Assembly: GCA_965198875.1 (NCBI GenBank)
Contig: CBDAPU010000001.1
Location: 1,840,167-1,904,166, forward strand
DNA from: Gammaproteobacteria bacterium
GTDB lineage: Bacteria > Pseudomonadota > Gammaproteobacteria > Eutrophobiales > Eutrophobiaceae
Length of the DNA: 64,000 nucleotides
Direction: 5' to 3'
How positions within the stretch are numbered: the stretch's first letter is position 1; each line of letters starts with the position of its first letter. The notes below the pieces were generated by a model. That model was not told where the DNA came from, did not search any database, and saw nothing but the letters and a program-made list of their open reading frames with translations. Position numbers and translations under genes: made by a program. Below, piece by piece: positions 1-10,192 of this stretch.

Positions 1-482
1 AGCTCGTCTTCTGTTGATGGATCGGTGGCTTCATCGGCCTCATCTTCCGGGATCTTGGCGATGCCGTGGGAGATGTAATTAACGACATCGAGACGTGCGA
101 CATCCTGCTGGCCCAGGAAAAAGACCGCATGGGATTCGCGCTCGCCGAAGATGGCGACAAGCACGTTCGCACCGCTGACTTCTTTCCTGCCGGATGACTG
201 CACGTGAAATACGGCGCGTTGCAGTACACGTTGGAAACCTAAGGTGGGCTGGGTTTCCCTTTCATCGTCATCGACCAATACCGGTGAGTTCTCTTCAATG
301 AAGCGGGTGAGTTCACTGTGCAATTCATTCAAGTTGGCGCCACAGGCGCGTAACACCTTTGCGGCGGAGGGGTTATCGAGCAACGCCAGCAGTAAATGCT
401 CTACTGTCATGAACTCATAGCGTTCATCCCGTGCTCTTCGAAACGCATTGTTTAATGTCTGTTCCAGATCTTTATCGAGCAT
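1..482 (-). CDS. clpA: ATP-dependent Clp protease ATP-binding subunit ClpA, N-terminal part (runs off window)
   Basis: Manual translation from ATG at 482: MLDKDLEQTLNNAFRRARDERYEFMTVEHLLLALLDNP...TQPTLGFQRVLQRAVFHVQSSGRKEV; directly downstream of clpS. Confidence 0.95.
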   Translation of the reverse strand, partial: MLDKDLEQTLNNAFRRARDERYEFMTVEHLLLALLDNPSAAKVLRACGANLNELHSELTRFIEENSPVLVDDDERETQPTLGFQRVLQRAVFHVQSSGRKEVSGANVLVAIFGERESHAVFFLGQQDVARLDVVNYISHGIAKIPEDEADEATDPSTEDE

Positions 483-502
483 AATAATCGCCTTCCAGTT
501 AG

Positions 503-823
503 TTAAGCCTTCTCCATCGTACACATCAATGGATGTTCATGCTCACGGGAGTAATGATTTACCTGTGAGACTTTTGTTTCTGCAATTTCATGGGTGAATA
601 TGCCGCATACGCCTTTGCCATGGGTGTGTACCTCCAACATGATCCGTGTTGCCGTCTCTCTGTCCATCACAAAGAAGGCCTCAAGAATATGCACAACAAA
701 CTCCATGGGAGTGTAGTCGTCATTGATGAGGATGACTTTATATAGCGGCGGCCGTTTTAATTTGGGCCTGGCTTCCTGTAACGCCAGCCCCTCATCATAA
801 CGCTCGCTGGTTTTCTCGGACAT
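503..823 (-). CDS. clpS: ATP-dependent Clp protease adaptor ClpS
   Basis: [20 protein letters not shown]...[13 protein letters not shown]...EIAETKV; canonical clpS-clpA order. Confidence 0.97.
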   Translation of the reverse strand: MSEKTSERYDEGLALQEARPKLKRPPLYKVILINDDYTPMEFVVHILEAFFVMDRETATRIMLEVHTHGKGVCGIFTHEIAETKVSQVNHYSREHEHPLMCTMEKA

Positions 824-1395
824 TGCTTATTTACGTGTGCTTTCGTTTCACTCAGTTTAACGAATAATATAATGTTATGGGCATAACCGCCAATACGGCG
901 TGTTTATGCCAGATTTTATACTATTGTTATTGCAAATGTGGGTGATGAGGGATTTTCCGTATCTTCATAAAATCCCTCGAGCAGTGGACTAATTCAATGT
1001 GATCATCGTACCGCCGGTCGGGCATCAGGCAGAGCGCATCGCCAGGACATAGCCGAGTAACGGGATGCGGGCGAGTTTTTCCTTTTAAGTCAAACGGATA
1101 CGGCTAACGATGACGACCCCCAGGCCCGTTTCCAGGTGTTTTTTGATGACTTCCCGGCCGCCACAAAACCAACAGGCAATATTTGAAAATATTAACTTGT
1201 CAAATGATACACGCTGTCTTAGTGTGTGCGCTCTTCCCTACCGATTGTGCTAAAGATCGGCGGGAATGGTCCGGGGAGTATTATGTGCATGAAGCTGTGT
1301 GTCATCAACCGTCCCCATGTATTATCAACTGAATATGACGACATGCCTCAATGTAAGGTTTGGGTGTTGTTTTTGACTTGACGGGAGGGTAGCGA

Positions 1396-2684
1396 ATGCG
1401 TGCCGATGTGAAACAACTGCAGCAGGACTGGGCGGAAAATCCGCGCTGGAGAAGTGTTCAGCGGGACTATAGCGCCGAAGACGTGGTGCGACTGCGCGGC
1501 TCCGTACACATTGAACACACACTGGCGAGACGGGGTGCGGAGAAGTTATGGCGGCTCGTCAATGATGAAGAGTATATTCATTGTCTGGGTGCGGTGACCG
1601 GTGGTCAGGCAGTGCAGCAGGTGAAGGCCGGGGTCAAAGCCATTTACCTGTCCGGCTGGCAGGTGGCCGCCGATGGCAATACCTCCGAGACCATGTATCC
1701 GGATCAATCCCTCTATGCGTGGACTCCGTGCCGGCGATGGTACGCCGGATCAACAACGCGTTCAAACGTGCCGATGAGATCCAGTGTGCGAGAGGTGATG
1801 GTGATATTGATTTCTTCGCCCCCATTATCGCAGACGCCGAAGCGGGTTTTGGCGGCGTCTTAAATGCATTTGAATTGATGAAGGCCATGATCGAAGCCGG
1901 TGCGGCCGGCGTGCATTTTGAAGATCAGCTCGCCGCTGTGAAAAAGTGTGGGCACATGGGTGGCAAGGTGTTGGTGCCGACCCGGGATGCGGTACAAAAA
2001 TTGGTGGCGGCGCGTTTAGCGGCTGATACCATGGGGACGCCGACCATTGTTCTGGCACGCACCGACGCCAATGCAGCAAACTTATTAACCTCTGATGTGG
2101 ATGAGCGTGATAAACGCTTCGTCACCGGTGAGCGCACGGCGGAAGGGTTCTATGTGACCAGGGCAGGGCTTGAGCAAGCCATCGACCGCGGTTTGTCCTA
2201 TGCGCCTTATGCGGATCTGCTCTGGTGCGAGACGGCGGTGCCGGACCTGGATGAAGCCAGACGTTTTGCCGAAGCCATCAAGCAGGCATTTCCGCAGCAG
2301 TTGCTGGCGTACAACTGCTCGCCATCATTTAACTGGAAGAAGAACCTCGATGATCTGACCATTGCGAAATTTCAACGTGAGCTCGGCGCAATGGGTTATC
2401 AGTATCAGTTCATTACCCTGGCCGGTATTCATAACATGTGGTACAACATGTTTGATCTGGCCCATCAGTACACAAAAAAAGGCATGACGGCCTATGTGGA
2501 GATGGTGCAGGAGAAGGAGTTTGCCGCTGCCGGTCGTGGTTATACCTTCGCCTCTCATCAACAGGAAGTGGGCGCCGGTTATTTTGATGACGTCACCACG
2601 GTTGTGCAGGGCGGGGTATCTTCCGTCACCGCGCTGAGTGGTTCGACAGAAGAGGAGCAGTTTGCCGAGGCGGTCAATAACTAG
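1396..2684 (+). CDS. aceA: Isocitrate lyase, split by a -1 frameshift near 1719 (pseudogene or sequencing error)
   Basis: ORF 1396-1863 gives [12 protein letters not shown]...YPDQSLY; ORF 1581-2684 continues [13 protein letters not shown]...KKCGHMGGK...YNCSPSFNW; one G is missing at gcg(g)tg. Confidence 0.93.
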
Positions 2685-3298
2685 GCACAGACAGATCACG
2701 TCAGCGTTCTCTGTGGCGCATTATAACCTTCCCTTAGAAACAGAGAAGGACAGAAGGACGCGGCGCTTATCACTCACCGGCTTTTCAGGTGAGAGAGAAC
2801 CAGGAGGCTAGAAGTTGGCCACCAAAGAGCCATGGAACGTCAGTGAAATGCCAGGTGATTCCAGCCCATGCTTTTATCATCTGTGATCTAAGAGCTTTGC
2901 CCACATGGGTGGTTCGGACAGGGATTAAGTAAAGATAAGCACACTGGTTGGGCAATCGTATTATTTATGCCTGCTGTTATCGCATCACTGCCTGTTGGGT
3001 AGAGGCCTTTAATTCGATAACCGCTGTGCTGATATGGCGCTCGCCTTCCCCTTTGGGCAGTGCAATGTGTTTCCGGGCTTATGCAAGGGGTGCATTATCG
3101 GCATGGGCTCCGGCGCCAGCGGCTGATGGCGTTATAACAGGAAGCGGATTGCATTGTTGTTGACCCGATGAAAGTGCGATGGACGCTGGTTTGATAAGAC
3201 CTGCGATTATCATAACGCCGCACTGGACAGTCGGCTTTCACATTTGCTGTAATGGGTAAACCATCATCAATTCAACGCTCACCATTCCAATATACCCC

Positions 3299-3874
3299 AT
3301 GGACAAAACCTACATCCGCTCACAGCAACTATTGATCGATTCCTTTAAGCTGGCCGCAACGGTTTTCACCAATGGTTTTCGGCCGCATTTTATTGTTGGG
3401 ATATGGCGTGGCGGCTCACCGGTTGGTATCGCCGTGCAGGAGTACTTTGAGTTTCGTGGTGTGCAAACCGATCATATCGCCATCCGCACTTCCTCTTATA
3501 CCGGTATCGGTGAGCAGGCGAGAACCATCCGTGTTCATGGCTTGCATTACATCATCGAAAACGTCAATGCGGATGATGCATTGTTAATCGTGGATGACGT
3601 CTTCGACTCCGGCAGGAGTATCAAGGCGGTGCTCAAAGAGATGCAGGAGAAGACCGGCAAAAACATGCCGCACGATCTGCGTATCGCCTGCCCCTGGTAC
3701 AAACCCGCCAACAATAAAACCGATATCGTGCCGCACTACTACCTCCACGAAACCGATAAATGGCTGGTCTTCCCCCATGAACTCTCTGGTCTGACACGGG
3801 ATGAAATAAAGGCAGGCAAAGAAGACCTCAATGACATTTATAGCCTGTTGTTTGAGCAGTCCCCCTCAAACTGA
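3299..3874 (+). CDS. Type I phosphoribosyltransferase (purine PRT-like)
   Basis: VGIWRGG and LLIVDDVFDSG PRPP-binding motif, WLVFPHE. Confidence 0.85.
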   Translation: MDKTYIRSQQLLIDSFKLAATVFTNGFRPHFIVGIWRGGSPVGIAVQEYFEFRGVQTDHIAIRTSSYTGIGEQARTIRVHGLHYIIENVNADDALLIVDDVFDSGRSIKAVLKEMQEKTGKNMPHDLRIACPWYKPANNKTDIVPHYYLHETDKWLVFPHELSGLTRDEIKAGKEDLNDIYSLLFEQSPSN

Positions 3875-3967
3875 GATGGCCTCTCATCATCCCGAGAGAG
3901 TGATGGGAGTGAACAACAAAAGAGATGAGGCTGCCCAGGCCGTGATCACGCCCCTCTCATTTGCACC

Positions 3968-4906
3968 CTAAACCTGAACAGGCGTATTAAACCCTTCGGG
4001 TTTGACGGCCAATACTGAGCAATCAATACTGCCAATCACCTTCTCGGCGGTATTACCAATGATGAAACCGGGAATGCCTGATCGACCGATTGTGCCCATG
4101 ACGATCAGATCAACGTTATTGTTTATGGCCATATGAGCGATAACATCACCGGCATGCCCTTTTATAACGTGCACGTTTTTCTCTATTGCAGAGTAAGGCG
4201 CCAGCAGCTCGTTGATTTCTCTCTCATGGGTTTGCTGGATCTCTTCGAACATCTGATCCAATCTCGCCTTGGGTATTTGGCCTGTTTTTAACGCCGCCTC
4301 ATTAGGGATCTCCCAGGCATGGACGATATCGAGTTTGCTTTTCTCTTCCCGGGCCAGGGATGTCGCCAGATCGAGTATCAGCTTGTTGAGTGAGGCAGAT
4401 GAAGGATTAGTCGGATCCGGATCAACGGCGGCCAGAATACGGGCGAAATGGGGTTCCTCTGAATGCTTGAAAACCCACACAGGGCAAGGGCATTTACGCA
4501 ACAATTTAAGATCGGCGCTGCCAAACACCATCTGTATACGACCCACCCCACCATTGGCCGCTTTCATCACCAGGTCGTAGCCGTTTTTTATCACGGCGTC
4601 AATCACTTCTATGAATAACCGCCCGGCTCTCACATCCATATCAACCGATACGTCAGGATGATCCTGCACCTGTTGCGCTATGAGTTGCTCAATGCCCTGC
4701 CGAGACTTTCCCAGCATGGTGTCTTGATGAGTTTGTATGCTTTCGATCAGAAACGGATGTTGCGGCAGAGACGCCGTATCATCCACAACATCCATAACCA
4801 TCAATTTTGCGCCGTTGACCTCAGCGAGCCTTAGCGCCCGTTTGAAGGCTAGTCCCTGGCTTGCGCCGCCGTCGGCGATGAATAAAATCTTCTTAAATCG
4901 TTGCAT
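3968..4906 (-). CDS. Universal stress protein with tandem Usp domains (UspE-like)
   Basis: FKKILF...DLKLLRKCPCPVW...RILAAVD...DLIVMGTIGRSGIPGFIIGNTAEKV; ATG at 4906 preferred over ORF-track start 4957. Confidence 0.9.
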   Translation of the reverse strand: MQRFKKILFIADGGASQGLAFKRALRLAEVNGAKLMVMDVVDDTASLPQHPFLIESIQTHQDTMLGKSRQGIEQLIAQQVQDHPDVSVDMDVRAGRLFIEVIDAVIKNGYDLVMKAANGGVGRIQMVFGSADLKLLRKCPCPVWVFKHSEEPHFARILAAVDPDPTNPSSASLNKLILDLATSLAREEKSKLDIVHAWEIPNEAALKTGQIPKARLDQMFEEIQQTHEREINELLAPYSAIEKNVHVIKGHAGDVIAHMAINNNVDLIVMGTIGRSGIPGFIIGNTAEKVIGSIDCSVLAVKPEGFNTPVQV

Positions 4907-5012
4907 TTTCTTAAAATCTCCCGGCATTAAAGAAATGATGTGTTTTAATTCTATCACACAAACCCTGACTCAATCAGAGCGCCCTTATAGATTTGTGATC
5001 AACCACTGATTA

Positions 5013-6170
5013 TTGTTCAATACCGCCATGACCCTTGCACTCACAAAGGAACTCATCGCCAGGGCATCTGTGACGCCGGACGATGCCGGTTGTCAGCAAC
5101 TCATTGCCGAGCGCCTGGAAGAGGTCGGGTTTACCGCCAGGCATCTTCGCTATGACGATGTGGACAACCTCTGGCTCACCCGCGGTGAAGGCGCCCCGGT
5201 GTTTGCCTTTGTTGGTCATACCGATGTGGTGCCGAGCGGGGAGGCGACAGACTGGGATTCAGATCCGTTTCAGGGGGAAGAGCGGGATGGTTATTTATAC
5301 GGTCGTGGCGCCGCCGACATGAAAGGCAGTATCGCCGCCATGATAACCGCCATGGAGCGTTTTGTTGCCGGGAACGATCTGCACAAAGGCACGCTTGCCC
5401 TGTTACTGACCAGCGATGAAGAAGGCGTTGCCGTCAACGGCGCCAGGCGGGTTGTGGCGTACTTGCAGGCGCATCATATCCAGATTGACTGGTGCCTGGT
5501 GGGTGAGCCCTCCAGTTGCGATACCCTGGGCGATGTAATAAAAAATGGCAGACGGGGTTCACTGTCCGGGGTCCTCACTGTCAATGGGGTACAAGGGCAC
5601 ACGGCCTATCCCCAGTTGGCCAAAAACCCGGTCCATCTTGTTAGCCCGGCGCTGACCGAGCTGACGGGGCGGGTATGGGATGAGGGTGATGAGCGCTATC
5701 CCGCTTCCAGTTTTCAGATCTCCAACATTCACGCTGGCGCTGGCGCTGAGAACGTCATACCCGGCTCGGTACGGATCAACTTCAATCTGCGTTTTTCCAG
5801 CGCATGGACGGAGCGACAATTAAAAGATGAAATAGAGCGAACATTGATACGACATGAGCTGGACTACCGGCTTATCTGGCGTCCTTGCAGCCAACCATTT
5901 TTAACGAGGCCGGGGAAGCTACTGGCGGCAGTGACAACTGTCGTCAACAACATAGCAAACATCGACCCGCAACTATCCACCGCAGGCGGTACTTCAGATG
6001 GCCGCTTTATCGCACCCACCGGCGCTGAGATAGTCGAGTTAGGGCCTGTCAACGCCACCATCCATAAGGTCAATGAATGTGTGCGAATTGAAGACCTTGA
6101 CAGGTTATCCAGTATGTATGAAGGTATATTAAATGCGTTAATGAAAAATGAATGCGTTGGCGCCAGTTGA
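5013..6170 (+). CDS. dapE: Succinyl-diaminopimelate desuccinylase
   Basis: GHTDVVP, GRGAADMKG, SDEE, GEPSS, KNGRRGS, GGTSDGRF, TIHKVNE motifs. Confidence 0.95.
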   Translation: MFNTAMTLALTKELIARASVTPDDAGCQQLIAERLEEVGFTARHLRYDDVDNLWLTRGEGAPVFAFVGHTDVVPSGEATDWDSDPFQGEERDGYLYGRGAADMKGSIAAMITAMERFVAGNDLHKGTLALLLTSDEEGVAVNGARRVVAYLQAHHIQIDWCLVGEPSSCDTLGDVIKNGRRGSLSGVLTVNGVQGHTAYPQLAKNPVHLVSPALTELTGRVWDEGDERYPASSFQISNIHAGAGAENVIPGSVRINFNLRFSSAWTERQLKDEIERTLIRHELDYRLIWRPCSQPFLTRPGKLLAAVTTVVNNIANIDPQLSTAGGTSDGRFIAPTGAEIVELGPVNATIHKVNECVRIEDLDRLSSMYEGILNALMKNECVGAS

Positions 6171-6214
6171 GTTTTAACCCATCACAGATATTCACCAAAA
6201 TGGCGATCACATTA

Positions 6215-6355
6215 GAGCTGAACGTGGCCGCATCCATTGTTGCGATTTCATCTATTCGTTTACTTCAGGTTCATGGAAGCGCCAAAGATGGATGAGACCG
6301 ATATCATGTGGCATGTGATCCTGCATGTAACGCCTGTGCTGGCGGCGGCGGATTA
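6215..6355 (+). pseudogene. Remnant of YqhA/UPF0114 (TIGR00645) membrane protein C-terminus
   Basis: Translation LNVAASIVAISSIRLLQV/FMEAPKMDETDIMWHVILHVT resembles the recalled family segment KVAASIVAISSIHLL...LMWYVIIHLTF; frameshifted, no start. Confidence 0.6.
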
Positions 6356-6477
6356 AGACCCTCTTCTTATCCCATAGCGATCACTAATAGATCATCGTCA
6401 TCTTGAGTGAACGATGACATGGATGCAGGAGGGGGAGAACCCGGGGACCTGTTGTCAGCGAATCGCCGGGATAGCGT

Positions 6478-7128
6478 TTATACTTTTAACTGATCAAGCT
6501 CATTCATTTTATGCAGGCGCCGCTGAAACTGATCTGAGGGTTCATCTCTTAACCACAGAAAAAACTCCAGCAGGATATCGGCGGTCAAACCCCAGATATG
6601 CCCACCCTCCCAATCAAACGCATGGGTAGTGCGGCGCATCCCTGCATGTTCAACTTCATGGGTGGTGTTTACCTCAGGTCTTGAAAGGAACGCTACATCA
6701 CCGATAATGACTTCAGCTACTTCTGATCTATCCGGGGTGATCTGAGGCGCTGCATGGGCCCAACCCACATAGGGAATAACATGATGACCGGCAATACTGA
6801 ACGCATCATCTAACCGCCCCATGATGGTGATGAGAGCTGGCTTGACGCCTAGCTCCTCTTCTGTCTCCCGTAAAGCTGTGGCCATCAGATCTACATCACC
6901 AGCTTGATAACCGCCACCGGGGAAACACACTTGCCCCCGGTGATTTGATACGGTTTCCGTACGCCGGGTCAACACCACTTTCACGCTGTCGTCATCCCCG
7001 GGCCAGAACAACAGTAACACGGCGGCGCTGGCATATTTTTCAGGCAACACATGTTGCGGGAAAGTTTTCGGTTGTCGCTCTTGCAACGCCAGCAACCGAT
7101 CATGGAATTGGACTTTATAGCTCATCAT
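6478..7128 (-). CDS. Nudix CoA pyrophosphatase (NudL/PCD1-like)
   Basis: LTRR...HRGQVCFPGG...TALRETEEELG Nudix box; IWGLTA. Confidence 0.9.
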   Translation of the reverse strand: MMSYKVQFHDRLLALQERQPKTFPQHVLPEKYASAAVLLLFWPGDDDSVKVVLTRRTETVSNHRGQVCFPGGGYQAGDVDLMATALRETEEELGVKPALITIMGRLDDAFSIAGHHVIPYVGWAHAAPQITPDRSEVAEVIIGDVAFLSRPEVNTTHEVEHAGMRRTTHAFDWEGGHIWGLTADILLEFFLWLRDEPSDQFQRRLHKMNELDQLKV

Positions 7129-7685
7129 GACACTTTAACTGTGCCGGAGAAAAATGACATCCGTCTTTCAATAGCATGACAGAAAAAATAATGGCTATGA
7201 TACTTTTGTGAGCAAATGTGAATGCGCTTTTTATCAGCATGGAGGAACTGTCCTGCCATCATCAATGCTCGCTCCCGATGCGGTGATCGGGAACCCGATA
7301 CCATTATCAATCTGCTATCGCCTTTATACTTACCCTGACGTCAGATAGCAGTAAAGCGTTTGCCGAGAACAGCATCGTTGCTGACAGACTGAACACCGAA
7401 TGTTACCCTGCCCATCCTTACCCCCATAGGAACGTGGCTTCAATGAAAACACCAGTGCCCTCATTTGCCCGTGCTTCCCTGAAAGCGGAGGCGTTACAAC
7501 CCTGACCGACAAGAAGGGCAAACAGGTTATGACCACACTCAACCCAGGAAAATGTCCTGGTATTAAAACCCCCGATCAGGTATTTTCAGGTATCAAATCA
7601 TCTGTTCTATCTGTTGCACCAGCGAGATGAATGCGCGTTTATTGAGAGATTAAACCGCTTACATAATTAAATAAAACTTAAATCA

Positions 7686-8477
7686 ATGAGCGCATCTACG
7701 CAAAAATTACTGCGAAAATACAATCACGAGGTACTAGATCCGGACTCACCTACGCCCCTCTATCATCAACTCTATACCATGCTAAGGGATTGTATTATTG
7801 GCGGGGTTTTGGAAGATGGCTCCAAAATGCCTTCTGAAAAAGAATTATCCGCCTGCTTTACCGTCTCCCGCATAACTGCAAGACGGGCGTTGCATGATCT
7901 TGCTGCAGAGAACCTGGTGGCGCGTCACCGTGGCCGCGGTACTTTCGTTAATTATCGTTATCAACCGGAACTACTCAACGCCCCTCTGATTGGTACGCTT
8001 GAGAGTCTCGAACACATGGGCAGGGAGACTAAAATTAAAGTGCTCAGCTTACGTTTCTCCCGCCCGCCCTCTTATATCCTTGATGAATTTGAAATCGATG
8101 ACGAACAACAACCCTGCCATATGATTCGGATCAGGAGTAACAAAAGCATGCCTTTCGCTTATTATGAAAGCTGGTCGTTGGGATTGGATAAATCCATCAC
8201 AAAGCAATCCCTGGAGAGGTATCCGCGTCTGCAGTTGCTACGAAAATCGGGTGTGAGAATTGCGCGGGCCGAGCAGACGTTAAGCGCTGAAGCGGCTTCG
8301 CCGACAGCCGCCGACGCCTTGGGTATTATGCCCGGCAAACCCTTATTGAAACTCATTCGCCGTTCCTATGACAGAAAAGGCAAGCAACTCGATCACCTGA
8401 ATGCCGTCTACAACCCCGATCGCTTTCAATATCAAATGACCCTGTCACTTGATAAGAGTAATAGCAGTAAAAAATAG
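7686..8477 (+). CDS. GntR family (HutC/UTRA) transcriptional regulator
   Basis: PLYHQL...MPSEKEL...VSRITARRAL...RGRGTFV winged HTH plus UTRA-like C-domain. Confidence 0.9.
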   Translation: MSASTQKLLRKYNHEVLDPDSPTPLYHQLYTMLRDCIIGGVLEDGSKMPSEKELSACFTVSRITARRALHDLAAENLVARHRGRGTFVNYRYQPELLNAPLIGTLESLEHMGRETKIKVLSLRFSRPPSYILDEFEIDDEQQPCHMIRIRSNKSMPFAYYESWSLGLDKSITKQSLERYPRLQLLRKSGVRIARAEQTLSAEAASPTAADALGIMPGKPLLKLIRRSYDRKGKQLDHLNAVYNPDRFQYQMTLSLDKSNSSKK

Positions 8478-8581
8478 TTTTCAGTAGAAGACGCCGTTGG
8501 CGCCCTGTTTGGCTCGAAAGGGTTTGGCGCCGCCGACATCCATAATGCTGACGGGTAAATCAGCCCGCCCTATTGCCGCGC

Positions 8582-9178
8582 CTATTTCAACTCGGAAAGC
8601 AACTGATTCAACTCCACGACATACCCATCCGGGTCGAGCAGCACGCTGATCCTGACCCGGATCATGCCTTTACCCTGATAGTCCGGATATTGCGTCTCAC
8701 TGGGCTCACTCAGGACTTTCACCCCGAGGGTATTGCGTGCCGCCTGAAAACGCGCCTCAAGGTTATCGGCATTGAACACCAGCACGATACTGCCGATAGA
8801 AAAGGGCTCGGCCCCCTGGTTTATGGGCCGCTTGGCAGGCTTGAGATATTGCAACAGGCCGATAACGCCGATGTAATCATCGTTGGCCTGCAAGAACACC
8901 AGACGCAGGGCGCGCTCGGCGGCGGCAACATCTTTCGCATCGCGCGGGGTGCGGATCTCCCTATCGTAGATCACCTTTAGCCCCAGCGCATCGCGATAAA
9001 ACGCCAGCGATTTATCTATGTCCCGGACCACCAGCGTGGTACGCCGCAGATCAATATCAATGCGCTCGGCCTCCGCTACCGGCGCCGCCTGGACGCCCGC
9101 CACACTCAATGCCTGACCACCAGCCAGAATGGCACACAGCAGGATGCGCCACAGCGTTTTTCGCATCGGACTGGTCAT
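8582..9178 (-). CDS. Exported VOC/glyoxalase family protein
   Basis: Signal peptide; RRTTLVVRDIDKSLAFYRDALG...DPDGYVVELNQ. Confidence 0.85.
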   Translation of the reverse strand: MTSPMRKTLWRILLCAILAGGQALSVAGVQAAPVAEAERIDIDLRRTTLVVRDIDKSLAFYRDALGLKVIYDREIRTPRDAKDVAAAERALRLVFLQANDDYIGVIGLLQYLKPAKRPINQGAEPFSIGSIVLVFNADNLEARFQAARNTLGVKVLSEPSETQYPDYQGKGMIRVRISVLLDPDGYVVELNQLLSELK

Positions 9179-10068
9179 CTCGCTACTGCCCGTTGTTTAT
9201 CAATGAGTTTTTTGAAGTACGTCCAGCTTGTTTCGTTTTTACGATCATCATCACCGGGCGGCGGCCTGGTATATTCAGGGTAGTTGGTCTTGATCTCCTG
9301 CTTGATCAATGTCGGCAGATCATCCCAGCTATCCAGGTTTTTACCGGTGGCGTTCACATACATCAAGCCGGGGCGACTGCCCATCTTCATCCACGGTAGC
9401 CATTGCGCTATCCTCACCCAGGCGATATTCATGGATGCGGTATCTTTCGACAGATCGGCAAAGTCATCAAGCTGGGTGGTGAAATCAAAAATCTCAGTGG
9501 CGTGATAAGTGCCGCCGACATAGCTCTGATAATCGCCGCCCAGCGCATTGGTGTAGAACAACGGCACTTCATAATTGATAAACGCAGTACCATCGATCAC
9601 CTCAAACTGAAACGTGCGCTCCTTACCATCCTTGCCGATGGGAAATTGCGGCGACATGTTCACCGGATCATTGGCCACATGGACCACCTTGACGCGCTCG
9701 CCCGTCCACGGGTTGTCCCATTGCCTGAGGATCTCGCCGCTCTGCGGGTCAAGGTAGAGCATGATCTCGCGGGAGACCTTGCGAAATCCCTCGCCCCGCT
9801 TCTCATCCCTGACCGTGACACATTGGCGCACATTCATGCCAAGCACCCCAAACAGCAGCTTGTCGCGCTCTCCGGGCACCCGCGAATAAGCGCGGCCTTT
9901 CCACATATAGGTCACATGCTCGTTGTCTTTCAGCGAACACAGCAGCTTGCGCTGCGCCTGCATGGCGCCCTCGCCGGTAGCAAAATCAATGGTTTTCGCG
10001 GCATTGGCGGGCGCTGTCAAAACCAGTAGCAGGCTGAACATGAAAAAAGCGGATGGATGATGACGCAT
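9175..10068 (-). CDS. Exported DUF1838-like protein
   Basis: Signal peptide; WKGRAYSRVPGE..KLLF...SREIMLYLDP..GE...WDNPWTGE...HVANDP...WLPWMKMG; stop overlaps the VOC gene start. Confidence 0.75.
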   Translation of the reverse strand: MRHHPSAFFMFSLLLVLTAPANAAKTIDFATGEGAMQAQRKLLCSLKDNEHVTYMWKGRAYSRVPGERDKLLFGVLGMNVRQCVTVRDEKRGEGFRKVSREIMLYLDPQSGEILRQWDNPWTGERVKVVHVANDPVNMSPQFPIGKDGKERTFQFEVIDGTAFINYEVPLFYTNALGGDYQSYVGGTYHATEIFDFTTQLDDFADLSKDTASMNIAWVRIAQWLPWMKMGSRPGLMYVNATGKNLDSWDDLPTLIKQEIKTNYPEYTRPPPGDDDRKNETSWTYFKKLIDKQRAVAR

Positions 10069-10192
10069 GGCATTCTCCCCCAGGGCGGTTGTAGATGAGA
10101 CTGCTGGTGATCATACCTCGGACAGCGTATGTTGTCATCTTTCAATGCCCTATCCAGGTTCTCCACACTTTCGAGTATTTTTTATGTGGTAT

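Noticed and set aside
1700-1740. Programmed frameshift in aceA (or prc)
   Set aside because: No slippery heptamer or stimulatory structure; a single-base run indel is the simpler explanation.
2700-3290. ncRNA or gene between aceA and the PRTase
   Set aside because: No recognisable RNA motif or convincing protein similarity; probably decayed sequence.
9403-10029. Long antisense/alternate-frame ORFs (also 25461-26156, 18812-19330, 28028-28573, 15873-16457)
   Set aside because: Shadows of GC-rich coding genes or of pseudogene DNA, with no motifs.
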